Positions 22,239 through 33,164 of a stretch of DNA of 35,462 bases are shown here, piece after piece; the first letter of the stretch is position 1; the number at the start of each line of letters is the position of its first letter. The translations under genes were made by a program, and so were the position numbers. Below the pieces are notes generated by a model. It did no database searches, was not told where the DNA came from, and worked only from the letters and a program-made list of their open reading frames with translations. Source of the DNA: Octopus bimaculoides (lineage: Eukaryota); assembly GCF_001194135.2 (NCBI RefSeq), contig NC_068981.1:10080918-10116379 (forward strand), read 5' to 3'.

Positions 22239-22635
22239 CACGGCGGCGAGCTGGCAGAATCGTTAGCACGCCGGGTGAAATGCTTAGTGGTATTTCGTCT
22301 GCCGTTACGTTCTGAGTTCAAATTCCACCGCGATCGACCTTTCATCCTTTCGGGGTCGTTAAATTAAGTACCAGTTGCGCACTGGATCGATGTAATTGAC
22401 TTAATCCCTTTGTCTGTTCTTGTTTGTTCCTTCTGTGTTTAGCCCCCTGTGGGTAATAAAGAAATATATATACGACATGCTTCTGCCAGTTTCCATCTAT
22501 CAAATTCATTCACAAGGCTTTGGTCGACTCGTAGCTATAGTAGAAGACACTTACCCAAGGTGCCACGTAGTGGGACTGAACCCGGGACCATGTGACTGGT
22601 AAGCAAGCTACTTACCATACCACCACTCCTGCGCC
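21974..22635 (-). mobile_element. Full-length SINE-A (head 22635-22472, internal microsatellite, tail 22175-21974) interrupted by a nested SINE-B
   Basis: Minus strand starts GGCGCAGGAGTGGTGGTATGGTAAGTAGCTTG...GGGTTCAGTCCC and ends CAGTCAAATGACTGAAATAAATAAAAGAATAAAAGAG. Head and tail are colinear and on the same strand. Confidence 0.85.
22242..22465 (+). mobile_element. SINE-B, tail type 1, nested in the SINE-A microsatellite
   Basis: GGCGGCGAGCTGGCAGAATCGTTAG...GGGTAATAAAGAAAT, flanked by (TA)n on both sides. Confidence 0.92.
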
Positions 22636-23697
22636 TATATATATATATATCCATAAACATGCACACACAAATAAACAAATACACTGTGCATATACAAATA
22701 TATACATAATATATATACATGTGTATGTTTGTGTGTATGCATATACATAGATTGTTATTCAAATAAATGCAAATTGGTCTCCATAGAAAAAAAACAACGG
22801 ATTGTAAATATTTTTTCTCTCTTGTTCATATACATAGTCATGATCTCCTAGCTTGTAAACTGCATCAACTAGCATAAATTGCAGATTTCTTAGTAATGAA
22901 AATCGCTATAACACAGTGTATGTTTAAATTATATTTACTTGAAATTGTCGACACTAAAAATATAATTTACAGCACTTTTGCAAGATAACAGATTTAAATA
23001 TTTGTTAATATTCATAACGGTTTATTTTATGTAGGGATTGTATTTGCAATTTTATGGCGTGCATAACATTTATAGACTCCATGGTTAAAGCTGGCAAAAC
23101 AGTAACAATAAATAGTCGTTTATTCGTATTTTGAATTTTTTTTTTTTTTTTTTTTTTTTTTTTNNNNNNNNNNNNNNNNNNNNNNNNNNNNNNNNNNNNN
23201 NNNNNNNNNNNNNNNNNNNNNNNNNNNNNNNNNNNNNNNNNNNNNNNNNNNNNNNNNNNNNNNNNNNNNNNNNNNNNNNNNNNNNNNNNNNNNNNNNNNN
23301 NNNNNNNNNNNNNNNNNNNNNNNNNNNNNNNNNNNNNNNNNNNNNNNNNNNNNNNNNNNNNNNNNNNNNNNNNNNNNNNNNNNNNNNNNNNNNNNNNNNN
23401 NNNNNNNNNNNNNNNNNNNNNNNNNNNNNNNNNNNNNNNNNNNNNNNNNNNNNNNNNNNNNNNNNNNNNNNNNNNNNNNNNNNNNNNNNNNNNNNNNNNN
23501 NNNNNNNNNNNNNNNNNNNNNNNNNNNNNNNNNNNNNNNNNNNNNNNNNNNNNNNNNNNNNNNNNNNNNNNNNNNNNNNNNNNNNNNNNNNNNNNNNNNN
23601 NNNNNNNNNNNNNNNNNNNNNNNNNNNNNNNNNNNNNNNNNNNNNNNNNNNNNNNNNNNNNNNNNNNNNNNNNNNNNNNNNNNNNNNNNNNNNNNNN

Positions 23698-24043
23698 AGT
23701 TGATCCGATCGACGGAACAGCCTGCTCGTGAAATTAACGTGCAAGTGGCTGAGCACTCCACAGACACGTGTACTCTTAACGTAGTTCTCGGGGATATTCA
23801 GCGTGACACAGTGTGACAAGGCGGACCCTTTGAATTACAGGCACAACAGAAACAGGAAGTAAGAGTGAGAAAAAGTTGTGGTGAAAGAGTACAGCAGGGT
23901 TCGCCACAATCCCCTGCCAGAGCCTCGTAGAGCTTTAGGTGTTTTCGCTCAATAAACACTCACAATGCCCAGTCTGAGAATCGAAACCGCGATCCTATGA
24001 CTGCGAGTCCGCTGCCCTAACCACTGGGTCATTGCGCCTCCAC
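23698..24043 (-). mobile_element. SINE-C variant (tRNA head + different body + tail 1); 3' end cut by the gap
   Basis: A-box TGACCCAGTGGTTAG, B-box-like GGTTTCGATTC. 23698-23835 matches the tail of 8347-8653 (GAAATTAACGTGCAAGTGGCTGAGCACTCCACAGACAC...GTGTGACAAGGC), but 23840-23990 is a different body. Confidence 0.85.
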
Positions 24044-24220
24044 TGCATTTGGTTATAGTAGAGATATTGGTTCTGCTTTTGGTTGAAGTGTGGGTTTTGC
24101 TGTTGTAGTTTTTGTTGTTGTTATCATTGGTGAAGCAGATTCAACACACGTAGATTATCAGTGGAATGACCAGGCTCGATCCACGATTCCAGTGCTACAG
24201 ATAATTTCCACTAAATTAAT

Positions 24221-24434
24221 CCTTTCTACTGAAGGGACAAGCCCTTAAACTTTTGTGGAGCGGGGACTAGTCGATTACATCAACCCCAATATTTCACTGG
24301 TACTTAATTTATCGACATCGAAAGGATATAAGGCAGAGTCGACCTCGGCGGAATTTGAACTCAAAACTAAGCGGCAGACGAAATACCGCGAAGCATTTCG
24401 CCCGGCGTGCTAACGTTTCTGCCAGCTCGCCGCC
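24221..24434 (-). mobile_element. SINE-B, tail type 2 (tandem unit 1)
   Basis: Reverse-complemented SINE-B ending ...CTGCCAGCTCGCCGCC. Confidence 0.9.
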
Positions 24435-24455
24435 TTGATTTCAACTAAAGTAAAG

Positions 24456-24662
24456 TTTCTACTCTAGGCACAAGGCCCGAAATTTTGGGAGAGAGGGACA
24501 GGCGATTAGATCGACCCCAGTACGCAACTGGTACTTAATTTATCGACATCGAAAGGATGAAAGGCAGTCGACCTCGGCGGAATTTGAACTCAGAATGTAG
24601 CGGCAGACGATATACTGCTAAGCATTTCGCCCGTCGTGCTAACGACTCTACCAGCTCGCCGC
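24456..24662 (-). mobile_element. SINE-B, tail type 2 (tandem unit 2)
   Basis: TTTCTACTCTAGGCACAAGGCCCGAAATTTTGGG...CCAGCTCGCCGC; shares the ATCGACATCGAAAGG variant with unit 1. Confidence 0.9.
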
Positions 24663-24710
24663 TTTGATTTCCATTAAATTAATGTCAATACTACGACTCT
24701 CGACATTCAG

Positions 24711-24776
24711 TAATTGATCGTATCATTCTCTCTGTTGTCCTGACATTTTCCGTATGCCTACTGAGTTACATCAAAG
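24711..24776 (+). CDS. Candidate coding exon (66 nt, phase 1-1) encoding a hydrophobic, signal-peptide-like or TM segment
   Basis: Acceptor CATTCAG| at 24710, branch-point-like TTAAT ~28 nt upstream, strong donor AAG|GTGAGA. Reads xIDRIILSVVLTFSVCLLSYIK-G, and its phase matches the next exon. No transcript or homology evidence. Confidence 0.5.
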
Positions 24777-25728
24777 GTGAGAAATGGACTAAGTAGAACC
24801 AGGACATTTACTATTCCTGTGTTTAGGTCTGATTGCCGTAGCTGTACATTGATATTTACGTAATGATGAAATGAAATAAATGTGGATGCCACGTGTGGAG
24901 ATGACTGTGTCTATGTGTTTCTTTCGGTTTAGTTAAACTGTATATGAATATATGCTAAGAAATACAGGCGAAAAACCTAATCCTTGCGGTACATCGTGTG
25001 TCTTGTTAAGTTCGTACGCTATAAAGAGAAGAATAAAATTTTCAGCATTGTCTCATCGTCCGAGAGATTCTGAGAGAGAGAATTAAAAAAGCATTTTATG
25101 AAAATATTTTTGTATATATTTGCCAGTCAAATCCAATCATATTCCGCTTCTCCTCACGAAATACAAACAAATCCAAAATCACCAACTTTATGCTTGCTGA
25201 TACCCCGCCACCTGTTTCTCCTGGCTATGGTTTTTACTCGCTATGAATATCATTTCATGATATTTATAGACACGAAATATCTCGTTATTGTTTCGTACAG
25301 AGAAGTTGGAGATCTCGGAAATAATTCAACAGTGATAATTTTGGGTTGTTTTAATGATTTGTTTTATTTATCTTCTTTCTTTCTTTATAAATAGGAAATA
25401 GAGTCGAAAACGTTGCTTATTTAAAAGGCAATGGTGTGTCAGGGGTGTTTTGTTGTTGAATCTTGATGGACTAATCATTTATTCATTGTATCAGGTTTGT
25501 AAGTAATGATGTGGTTGAGTGTAGAGCTTATTTGTGTTACAAATATTTGTCATCCCAATGGAGTTTTGATGATTTTTTCGCAATCAATTGCAACTTTCTA
25601 ACTACTTTGAACTGATGCAAATTGCTATACGAAACGACAGTGTAAATATAAACAAATATTGCTGTCAAAATATTGTACACCTTCTATTCATTATAATGAA
25701 GTTATTAACCACCATATTCTCTTTGCAG

Positions 25729-25841
25729 GCAGGCAACGGGTTGATAATTTTGATAATATCATGCCGTCAAAATCAACACGTGAAAAGCGATCTACGGGGA
25801 GACTGAATTTCGGCGAGAAGTCTAATGGTGTTGGACGTTCG
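25729..25841 (+). CDS. Candidate coding exon (113 nt, phase 1-0) with an R-X-K-R proprotein-convertase site
   Basis: Acceptor ATATTCTCTTTGCAG|, branch-point-like TTAAC at 25705-25709, donor TCG|GTGAGT. Only one of three frames is open: (G)RQRVDNFDNIMPSKSTREKRSTGRLNFGEKSNGVGRS. Confidence 0.62.
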
Positions 25842-26128
25842 GTGAGTAAGAATTCTCTTATTATTATTCACAGACATTATACGCTAATCATTCTTTGATC
25901 TGATTCACCGTTGCCATATTCCGGTCTCAGTTAAGCTCAATCTCTAAAGAATAACTTATTATCGATTTTAATTGATCAATAATACAATTATTTAATCATT
26001 TTCGTAGTTAACGATTGTTTTCTAACAATTGTTCTCGGAATTAAATTGCCTCCACAAGCAATGATTCTTTTTTAATGGTTTGGAATGTAAGAAAGGTTAT
26101 GATCATGGAATCTCGAAACGCGCGCACG

Positions 26129-26181
<53 letters not shown>

Positions 26182-26244
26182 ACATACAGAGGGGCAATTA
26201 TGCGGATTAACAAATGAAATATAACAACTTGGGTTTGATATACA

Positions 26245-26302
<58 letters not shown>

Positions 26303-27084
26303 NNNNNNNNNNNNNNNNNNNNNNNNNNNNNNNNNNNNNNNNNNNNNNNNNNNNNNNNNNNNNNNNNNNNNNNNNNNNNNNNNNNNNNNNNNNNNNNNNN
26401 NNNNNNNNNNNNNNNNNNNNNNNNNNNNNNNNNNNNNNNNNNNNNNNNNNNNNNNNNNNNNNNNNNNNNNNNNNNNNNNNNNNNNNNNNNNNNNNNNNNN
26501 NNNNNNNNNNNNNNNNNNNNNNNNNNNNNNNNNNNNNNNNNNNNNNNNNNNNNNNNNNNNNNNNNNNNNNNNNNNNNNNNNNNNNNNNNNNNNNNNNNNN
26601 NNNNNNNNNNNNNNNNNNNNNNNNNNNNNNNNNNNNNNNNNNNNNNNNNNNNNNNNNNNNNNNNNNNNNNNNNNNNNNNNNNNNNNNNNNNNNNNNNNNN
26701 NNNNNNNNNNNNNNNNNNNNNNNNNNNNNNNNNNNNNNNNNNNNNNNNNNNNNNNNNNNNNNNNNNNNNNNNNNNNNNNNNNNNNNNNNNNNNNNNNNNN
26801 NNNNNNNNNNNNNNNNNNNNNNNNNNNNNNNNNNNNNNNNNNNNNNNNNNNNNNNNNNNNNNNNNNNNNNNNNNNNNNNNNNNNNNNNNNNNNNNNNNNN
26901 NNNNNNNNNNNNNNNNNNNNNNNNNNNNNNNNNNNNNNNNNNNNNNNNNNNNNNNNNNNNNNNNNNNNNNNNNNNNNNNNNNNNNNNNNNNNNNNNNNNN
27001 NNNNNNNNNNNNNNNNNNNNNNNNNNNNNNNNNNNNNNNNNNNNNNNNNNNNNNNNNNNNNNNNNNNNNNNNNNNNNNNNTACA

Positions 27085-27225
27085 CTACGAGCTTCCACAT
27101 AGTCTTCACAAAGCATTGGTCGTGCCAGGACTATAGTGAAAGACAATTACCAAAAATGCCATGCAGTGGGACTGGCCCCCAAAGGCTTGTGGTTGGGAAG
27201 CAAATCTGTTTCACGGAGACACGCA
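27085..27225 (-). mobile_element. Degenerate SINE-A head
   Basis: CACAAAGCATTGGTCG...ACTATAGTGAAAGACAATTACCAAAAATGCCATGCAGTGGGACTG matches the other heads. Confidence 0.6.
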
Positions 27226-27354
27226 TTTATTTCTTATTTATGTATCTCTAAGTATGCAAAGGTGGCTTAACTCTCTATAAGCAAAACGTAGAAACTGAGA
27301 AACCAAATCATTAAATGCAATGCAACAACAATAAAGAAAAAAGAGAATGCGAAA

Positions 27355-27646
27355 GCATTGGTATATCACAGCACCACGCTAGTGAACAGATTAGCGGGTG
27401 TTATACATGACTAGTCACAATGCGCTTCACATTGTCTTAGCATTCGAATGATGCCACTCCGTTGGTTTAGCGAGCAGACCAACGTTCAGTAGACCATTCC
27501 GTTGTAGGGTTACCCACTTAAAGCTGGGTGGACTGGTGCAACGGGAAATGAAGTGTTTTGCTCAAGAACACAACACACTGCTCGTTCTGGGAATCGAACT
27601 CACGGACTAGTAATCGTCAGTGCAACACTATCAACATTAGGCCATA
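27355..27646 (-). mobile_element. SINE-C variant (tRNA head + CORE-like domain + tail 2)
   Basis: Minus strand GAGTTCGATTCC (B-box), then TTCTTGAGCAAAACACTTCATTTCCCGTTGCACCAGTCCACCCAGCT as in 8347-8653, but the tail (GTGGCATCATTCGAA...AAGCGCATTGTGAC) matches 33785-33990. Confidence 0.8.
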
Positions 27647-27964
27647 CACATATATGCGCGCGCGCGCGCGTGTGTGTGTGTGTACACGTTAGCTATTGTA
27701 GCATCATTCAGCGACATGATAAGTTTCTAGTGAGACTAATGGCCACAGAACTATTGCTATAACCATTTCTGCTTCAGCAAATCTCATGCTGTCAGCCACT
27801 TAGTAAAGCATTGAACCGTTTGATGCTTCTAATTTATGCGCATACATTAACGGATATGATGTTGATAAATTCTTTCTGCTGAGTAGAAACATCAGAGGAT
27901 ATGTGCATAAACGAAATGTTTTAAATGTGATCAATATCTATATCAGATTTGTTCCAATGTGCAA

Positions 27965-28562
27965 ACGAGAGTGATGGGAATGGTTGAGATGGTGATGGTG
28001 ATGGTGAGGGTGAGGATGGTGGAGGTGAGGTCGAGGTGGTTGTGGTGGTAGTGGTGGTAATAGTGATCGTTTAGTATGTGTAAATGGGATGTTAGTGACA
28101 GTAATGGTTGACGTGATGGTTAACGATGGTGAGGAGGAGGAGGAGAATGAAAAGAAGGGGAGAATGAAGAGGATGGGGAGGATGAAGATAAGGGGAGGAG
28201 GAGATGAAGAGAAGGAGAAAGGAAAAGAGAATGAAGAGAAGCGGATAATGAAGGGGAGGAGGAGAATGAAGAGAAGGGGAGAATGAAAAGGAGGGGGAGG
28301 AGAAGGAAGAGAATGAAGAGGAGAGCGGAGGATATAAAGAAGGAGGATTAACAGGAGGAGGGGAAGAGGAGGTGGAGAATGAAGGGAAGGAGGAGAAGGA
28401 GGATTAAGAGAAGGAGGATTAAGAGAAGGAGGATTAAGAGAAGGAGGATTAAGAAGAGGATGGGGAAGAGGAGGTGGAGAATGAAGGGGAGGAGGAGAAT
28501 GAAGAGGAGAAGAGAAGGAGTCTGAAGAGAAAAAAGAAAAAGATTCAGATGATGAAGAAGAA
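27965..28562 (+). repeat. Low-complexity (GGT/GAT)-rich then polypurine (GAG/GAA) tract with higher-order repeats
   Basis: 28125-28562 is almost all A/G with sparse T. It includes GAGAAGGAGGATTAA x3-4 (~28391-28452) and repeated GAGGAGGTGGAGAATGAAGGG. Confidence 0.9.
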
Positions 28563-28859
28563 GAATGCGATTTCTCTCTAAATCTTCAAATGGGCCGAGA
28601 TCCAGGAAGTCATTTATAAAACAATCTGAAAGCATAACAGTGATTGAGCCACTATTACTTGCTAGAAATAGCATCTAAATGTCCCTCCCGCATAAACAGA
28701 TTTTTTTTTTTTTTTTTGAAAAGAGAGCGTGTCTCTGGAAAATGCAGTCTTAGATATAAAAAATTATGACATGATGGTCAAACCTGGAATCTTGTTGATC
28801 GCTATAATCTGCTCGATAATATTGTCCAAGGATTAAATAACAACAATAAGGGATAAGCG

Positions 28860-29200
28860 AATAAAAGATGAGATGATTCGAATATCAAGAGTGATGTTCT
28901 GAATAACAGACGAGATTATCTGAATAATAGATAAGGTTAAGTGAATAACAGACGAGTTGATCCGAATAACTGACGAGATATTCCGAATAACTGACGAAGT
29001 GTTCCGAATAACTGACGAAGTGTTCCGAGTAACAGACGAAGTGTTCCAAATAACTAACGTGATGTTCTGAATAATAGATGTGATGTTCCGAATAATAGGT
29101 GAGATTTTCCCGATAACAGACGTTTCGAACAACAGACCAGATGATCTGAATAAAAGAGAAGAGCTACTACAGAGGCATACTGTCTCTGAACAAAAGACGC
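28860..29200. repeat. Degenerate 21-bp minisatellite
   Basis: Core TTCCGAATAACTGACGAAGTG units at ~28960-29110, decaying outwards. Confidence 0.88.
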
Positions 29201-30417
29201 AATGATCACGGCTTGAACGTCTTCTATCGTGGGTTTTATTAATCAGAATTTATCCTGGGTTTAACAACTAGAACAAAACTGAAGATATTCTTCCGAATAT
29301 AATTACTAATTGCCATTAAATTTGTTTCTCTCCATGTTGCGTTTAAAATACAACCAATCTTACTGGGACCAATTCTTTCATAATGGCCTAAAATGCTGAA
29401 AAAACTGACGAAAGCATGATGTATATAAAAACTAAAGAATGTATGATATAACGTTTAATTTCTAAACAAAATCAAGTATTTTACCAAACCAGATCGAAAG
29501 ATTAATGTTAGATGAATAACATAAATCTATGTTTGTCCACAATAGTGATTGATCCTACCAGTCAATTCATGGCAGTTTTTTTTTTTTTGTCTTTTCTGAT
29601 AATCGCAAAAACAGAGAACAATTATTTTCAATGACGTCTATCAAACGTTGTTTTCAGATTTTCTGTGAAACTCTGAACTCTGATCTATAAATGTAAATAA
29701 TATAATCTTAAAAGAAATTTGTAAATGCGGTTTTGTATTGTATTTGAATACATATTTTTTTCTGTTATCAGTAAGCTTGTTCTTGCAATGAAATGAAAAT
29801 AGAAGTGCGGTTATATTTAACATGATATAATATCAATGAGATAAAAATTTTGACATGTTGTTTCCCATTATTTACTTTTCACAAATCACCAATTTTTTCA
29901 CCAAACGTTCACAACATTTTAATAAATTATAATTTCGCTTTATGGAAAATTTATTATTGTCTACACTTTACAAAGAGAAACACTATTTTCCTCCCAATTC
30001 CGTTATTTGCTAATACATATTGTAATTACAAATTCCCTCTTCACTTGTATTTCTTTATCAACGAAAATAAAAGAAAGCATTTGTTTTCTGTTTTGAAATT
30101 TCGTTAATTCATTATTTTTCTCTGTAATTTTACTAATCTTGTTCTGTCCCTACGGATAAGTGTAGAGCTTTATAATAGTAGATACTGCCATGGATAACGA
30201 ATATCTAAATACCTATGTCCGTGTGCACTTTTCTATTTTTCTAACAAAGATACAAAGCTCCATCGTTGAAACGTGGACAATAAAAAATAAATTTGGATTT
30301 TGACCTTGAGAAAAGTTTTACATATTTTTACTGTTCCGCTTACAGATTGCATTTACTGATTGATTTTTTTTTCTGACAACTCTAGCTTTATCAGATTGTC
30401 AGTTAGGCATTTAAAAC

Positions 30418-30457
<40 letters not shown>

Positions 30458-30525
30458 CGTTGCTCTCTCTCTCTCTCTCTCTCTCTCCCTGAATCACTCG
30501 CTCACACTCTCATATTTAGCTTTCT

Positions 30526-30757
30526 TATTTTTTTATTGCCCACAAAAGGCTAAACATAGAGGGGACAAACAAGGACAAACAAAGGAATTAAGTCGATTAC
30601 ATCGACCCCAGTGCGTAACTGGTACTTAATTTATCGACCCCGAAAGGATGAAAGGCAAAGTCGACCTCGGCGGAATTTGAACTCAGAGCGTAACGGCAGA
30701 CGAAATACCGCTAAGCATTTCGCCTGGCGCGCTAACCACTCTGCCAGCTCGCCGCCT
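30526..30757 (-). mobile_element. Young SINE-B, tail type 1, with perfect 16-bp target-site duplication
   Basis: TCATATTTAGCTTTCT at 30510-30525 and at 30758-30773. Confidence 0.95.
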
Positions 30758-31146
30758 TCATATTTAGCTTTCTGCTAGGTCCTGGTTAGTGTTCAATTCA
30801 AAATAAATAATATGGTGCTCATTGATTCATTGAAATGCTTCATTTCATGTTTCACAAAACCTAATATTTCAGTGACATGTTTAATCTTGTTAGAAATCTG
30901 AATACACTTTGATCAAAACACGCCTTTCTTTGTCTTTTTTAATGTTTTTAAGTCTTCAAGCAAAGCTATAAACCGATTCAGAATTACAATCATTTTTTAT
31001 AAGTAAAATTCTAAATTGTGCTTGTTTGATATTAAAAACTTCAGTTCGTGCAAAATCTTGTTTATTCCAATCTTCAATTTGTTTTCAAAAAGTATATATT
31101 TTCACTCTGTTTTAGGATATTCGATACACATACACTATCACTATCA

Positions 31147-31191
<45 letters not shown>

Positions 31192-31235
31192 NNNNNNNNN
31201 NNNNNNNNNNNNNNNNNNNNNNNNNNNNNNNNNNN

Positions 31236-31296
<61 letters not shown>

Positions 31297-32205
31297 CACG
31301 AAAAGGTGTTTATAATTCGTATGATCATACCAAAATGACACAGCTTCAAAAGTAGTTATATGAGCTATTTACTTCTTTTACGTTATTTTTGCAACCACAA
31401 TCGTATATTTGAGAATACTTAAAACTTATGTAAGGCTTTTAAATTAAACTTTACAATGGAGTGTATATGCGTATTCATAGGTTTTGAGCCGTCAGTGCTT
31501 TCGTAATTTTTTTCCTTATGTAAATTACCTGGATACATGAGATACTTGTAAACGTCTGTCATGTTTATTATACAAGCTCGTTGCTCATTTCTAGTTTATT
31601 TATCAACAATCAAATCCCTCTGCGTTACTACCACTCTTAAATTGTATTTAAAACTACTGCTGTTACGCTTATAACTAAATCAGTTAAACGTACTTGATTA
31701 TTAGAGACATTTTCTTCTTTTATTTCTGTTACATGAATCACTGGTGCACTAGCAGTGTTTATTTTTCATACTAAACTTTACTACGGAGTATATCCATAAG
31801 CACTGAGTTGCCACTGTTTTTGTGAACTGCGCAACATAATTGACAACCGAAAATGTGTGTAATATTCAAGTTAGTTTACTTTTTTCCTACTGTAAACGTA
31901 ACACCAGTGGTTATGGTAGCTATTTGAGACCGGTATTTATAAAATCGATCTCTGTTCATCGAATCTCTGAGTTGCATATTTGACACGATATAAACATAGA
32001 CACGAACAATATATACATGTTCTTTGCACAAATTTATAGACGCATACACTTATAAATACACACCCACGCAAAGATACACACTTATGAATGTGTGTGGGTG
32101 CACATGCGTGCTAGCATACATAAATGAATGTATGTATATATATATTTATACAAGCAGACAGATTGCTTGATCGATAGACTGACAGGAAGGCAGGCAGGGA
32201 GACAC

Positions 32206-32246
<41 letters not shown>

Positions 32247-32887
32247 TAGACTGGCAGATAGATAGACAGACAGACAGGCTTCTGAACATATTCTATGGAC
32301 CGTAATTTATACGGCGTTGGTCAAACTGAGACTACTGCAGAAGCAGAAGTCACTTGACCAACTTGGCGCGTATGTGAAGGAAAAACCCGGATTCCCGCGG
32401 TTGAGAAGCGATCTGATAAGCCACACAATTATGCCTGCAGTTTGTATTAGATTTTCTTATGTAACAAGGAAACTGAATAACTCGACTTTTGAAATATATA
32501 ACTCTTGTTTTAATACTAGACATTCCCCCGTGGCAGGAGCTGTTTTTATTCATTACTGATAAAGCACGAACACGTATATTGAATTATAAATCGACTCCGA
32601 ATGGTGTAACGTGATACTCTTTCCCTGCGGTATACACACTTGGGTGCGCGCGCGCAAACGCGAAAACCGCACGCGCAAATCTTCATATACATAGAAATTT
32701 ATAGAAACACGTAAACACACACTCGTGTGTACACTCACTATCCAAAATAAATATAAATTTCGTTCATATGACTGTGTATGTGTGCACGTGCGCGTATATA
32801 TATGTATATATTTATATAGATATATATATATAATGTGATTATATATATATGCATATATACAATATGCTTCTATATATATATATATAT

Positions 32888-32990
<103 letters not shown>

Positions 32991-33118
32991 GGTAACATCT
33001 AATACATTATTTGATATATGTATATACACATATACATTATTTATATAAAATTACGTAACTATATGTGTGTAAGTGTACGTATGTGTATGTTTGCATATTA
33101 CGTAAGAAGACAGATTGA

Positions 33119-33164
<46 letters not shown>

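Noticed and set aside
28089-28674. Glu/Lys/Gly-rich + ORF and Leu-rich - ORF
   Set aside because: Products of the polypurine tract; no splice or domain support.
28960-29060. CTGACGA...CCGAAT units resembling tandem hammerhead cores; also considered as a CRISPR-like array
   Set aside because: A 21-bp unit leaves no room for stems I and III, and GAAA is GAAT. There are no unique spacers and no cas genes in this eukaryotic context.
32317-32559. 80-aa + ORF in a CpG-richer patch
   Set aside because: No ATG or convincing acceptor (the frame opens from a (GACA)n tract) and no recognisable domain. It might be regulatory, but I cannot support that.
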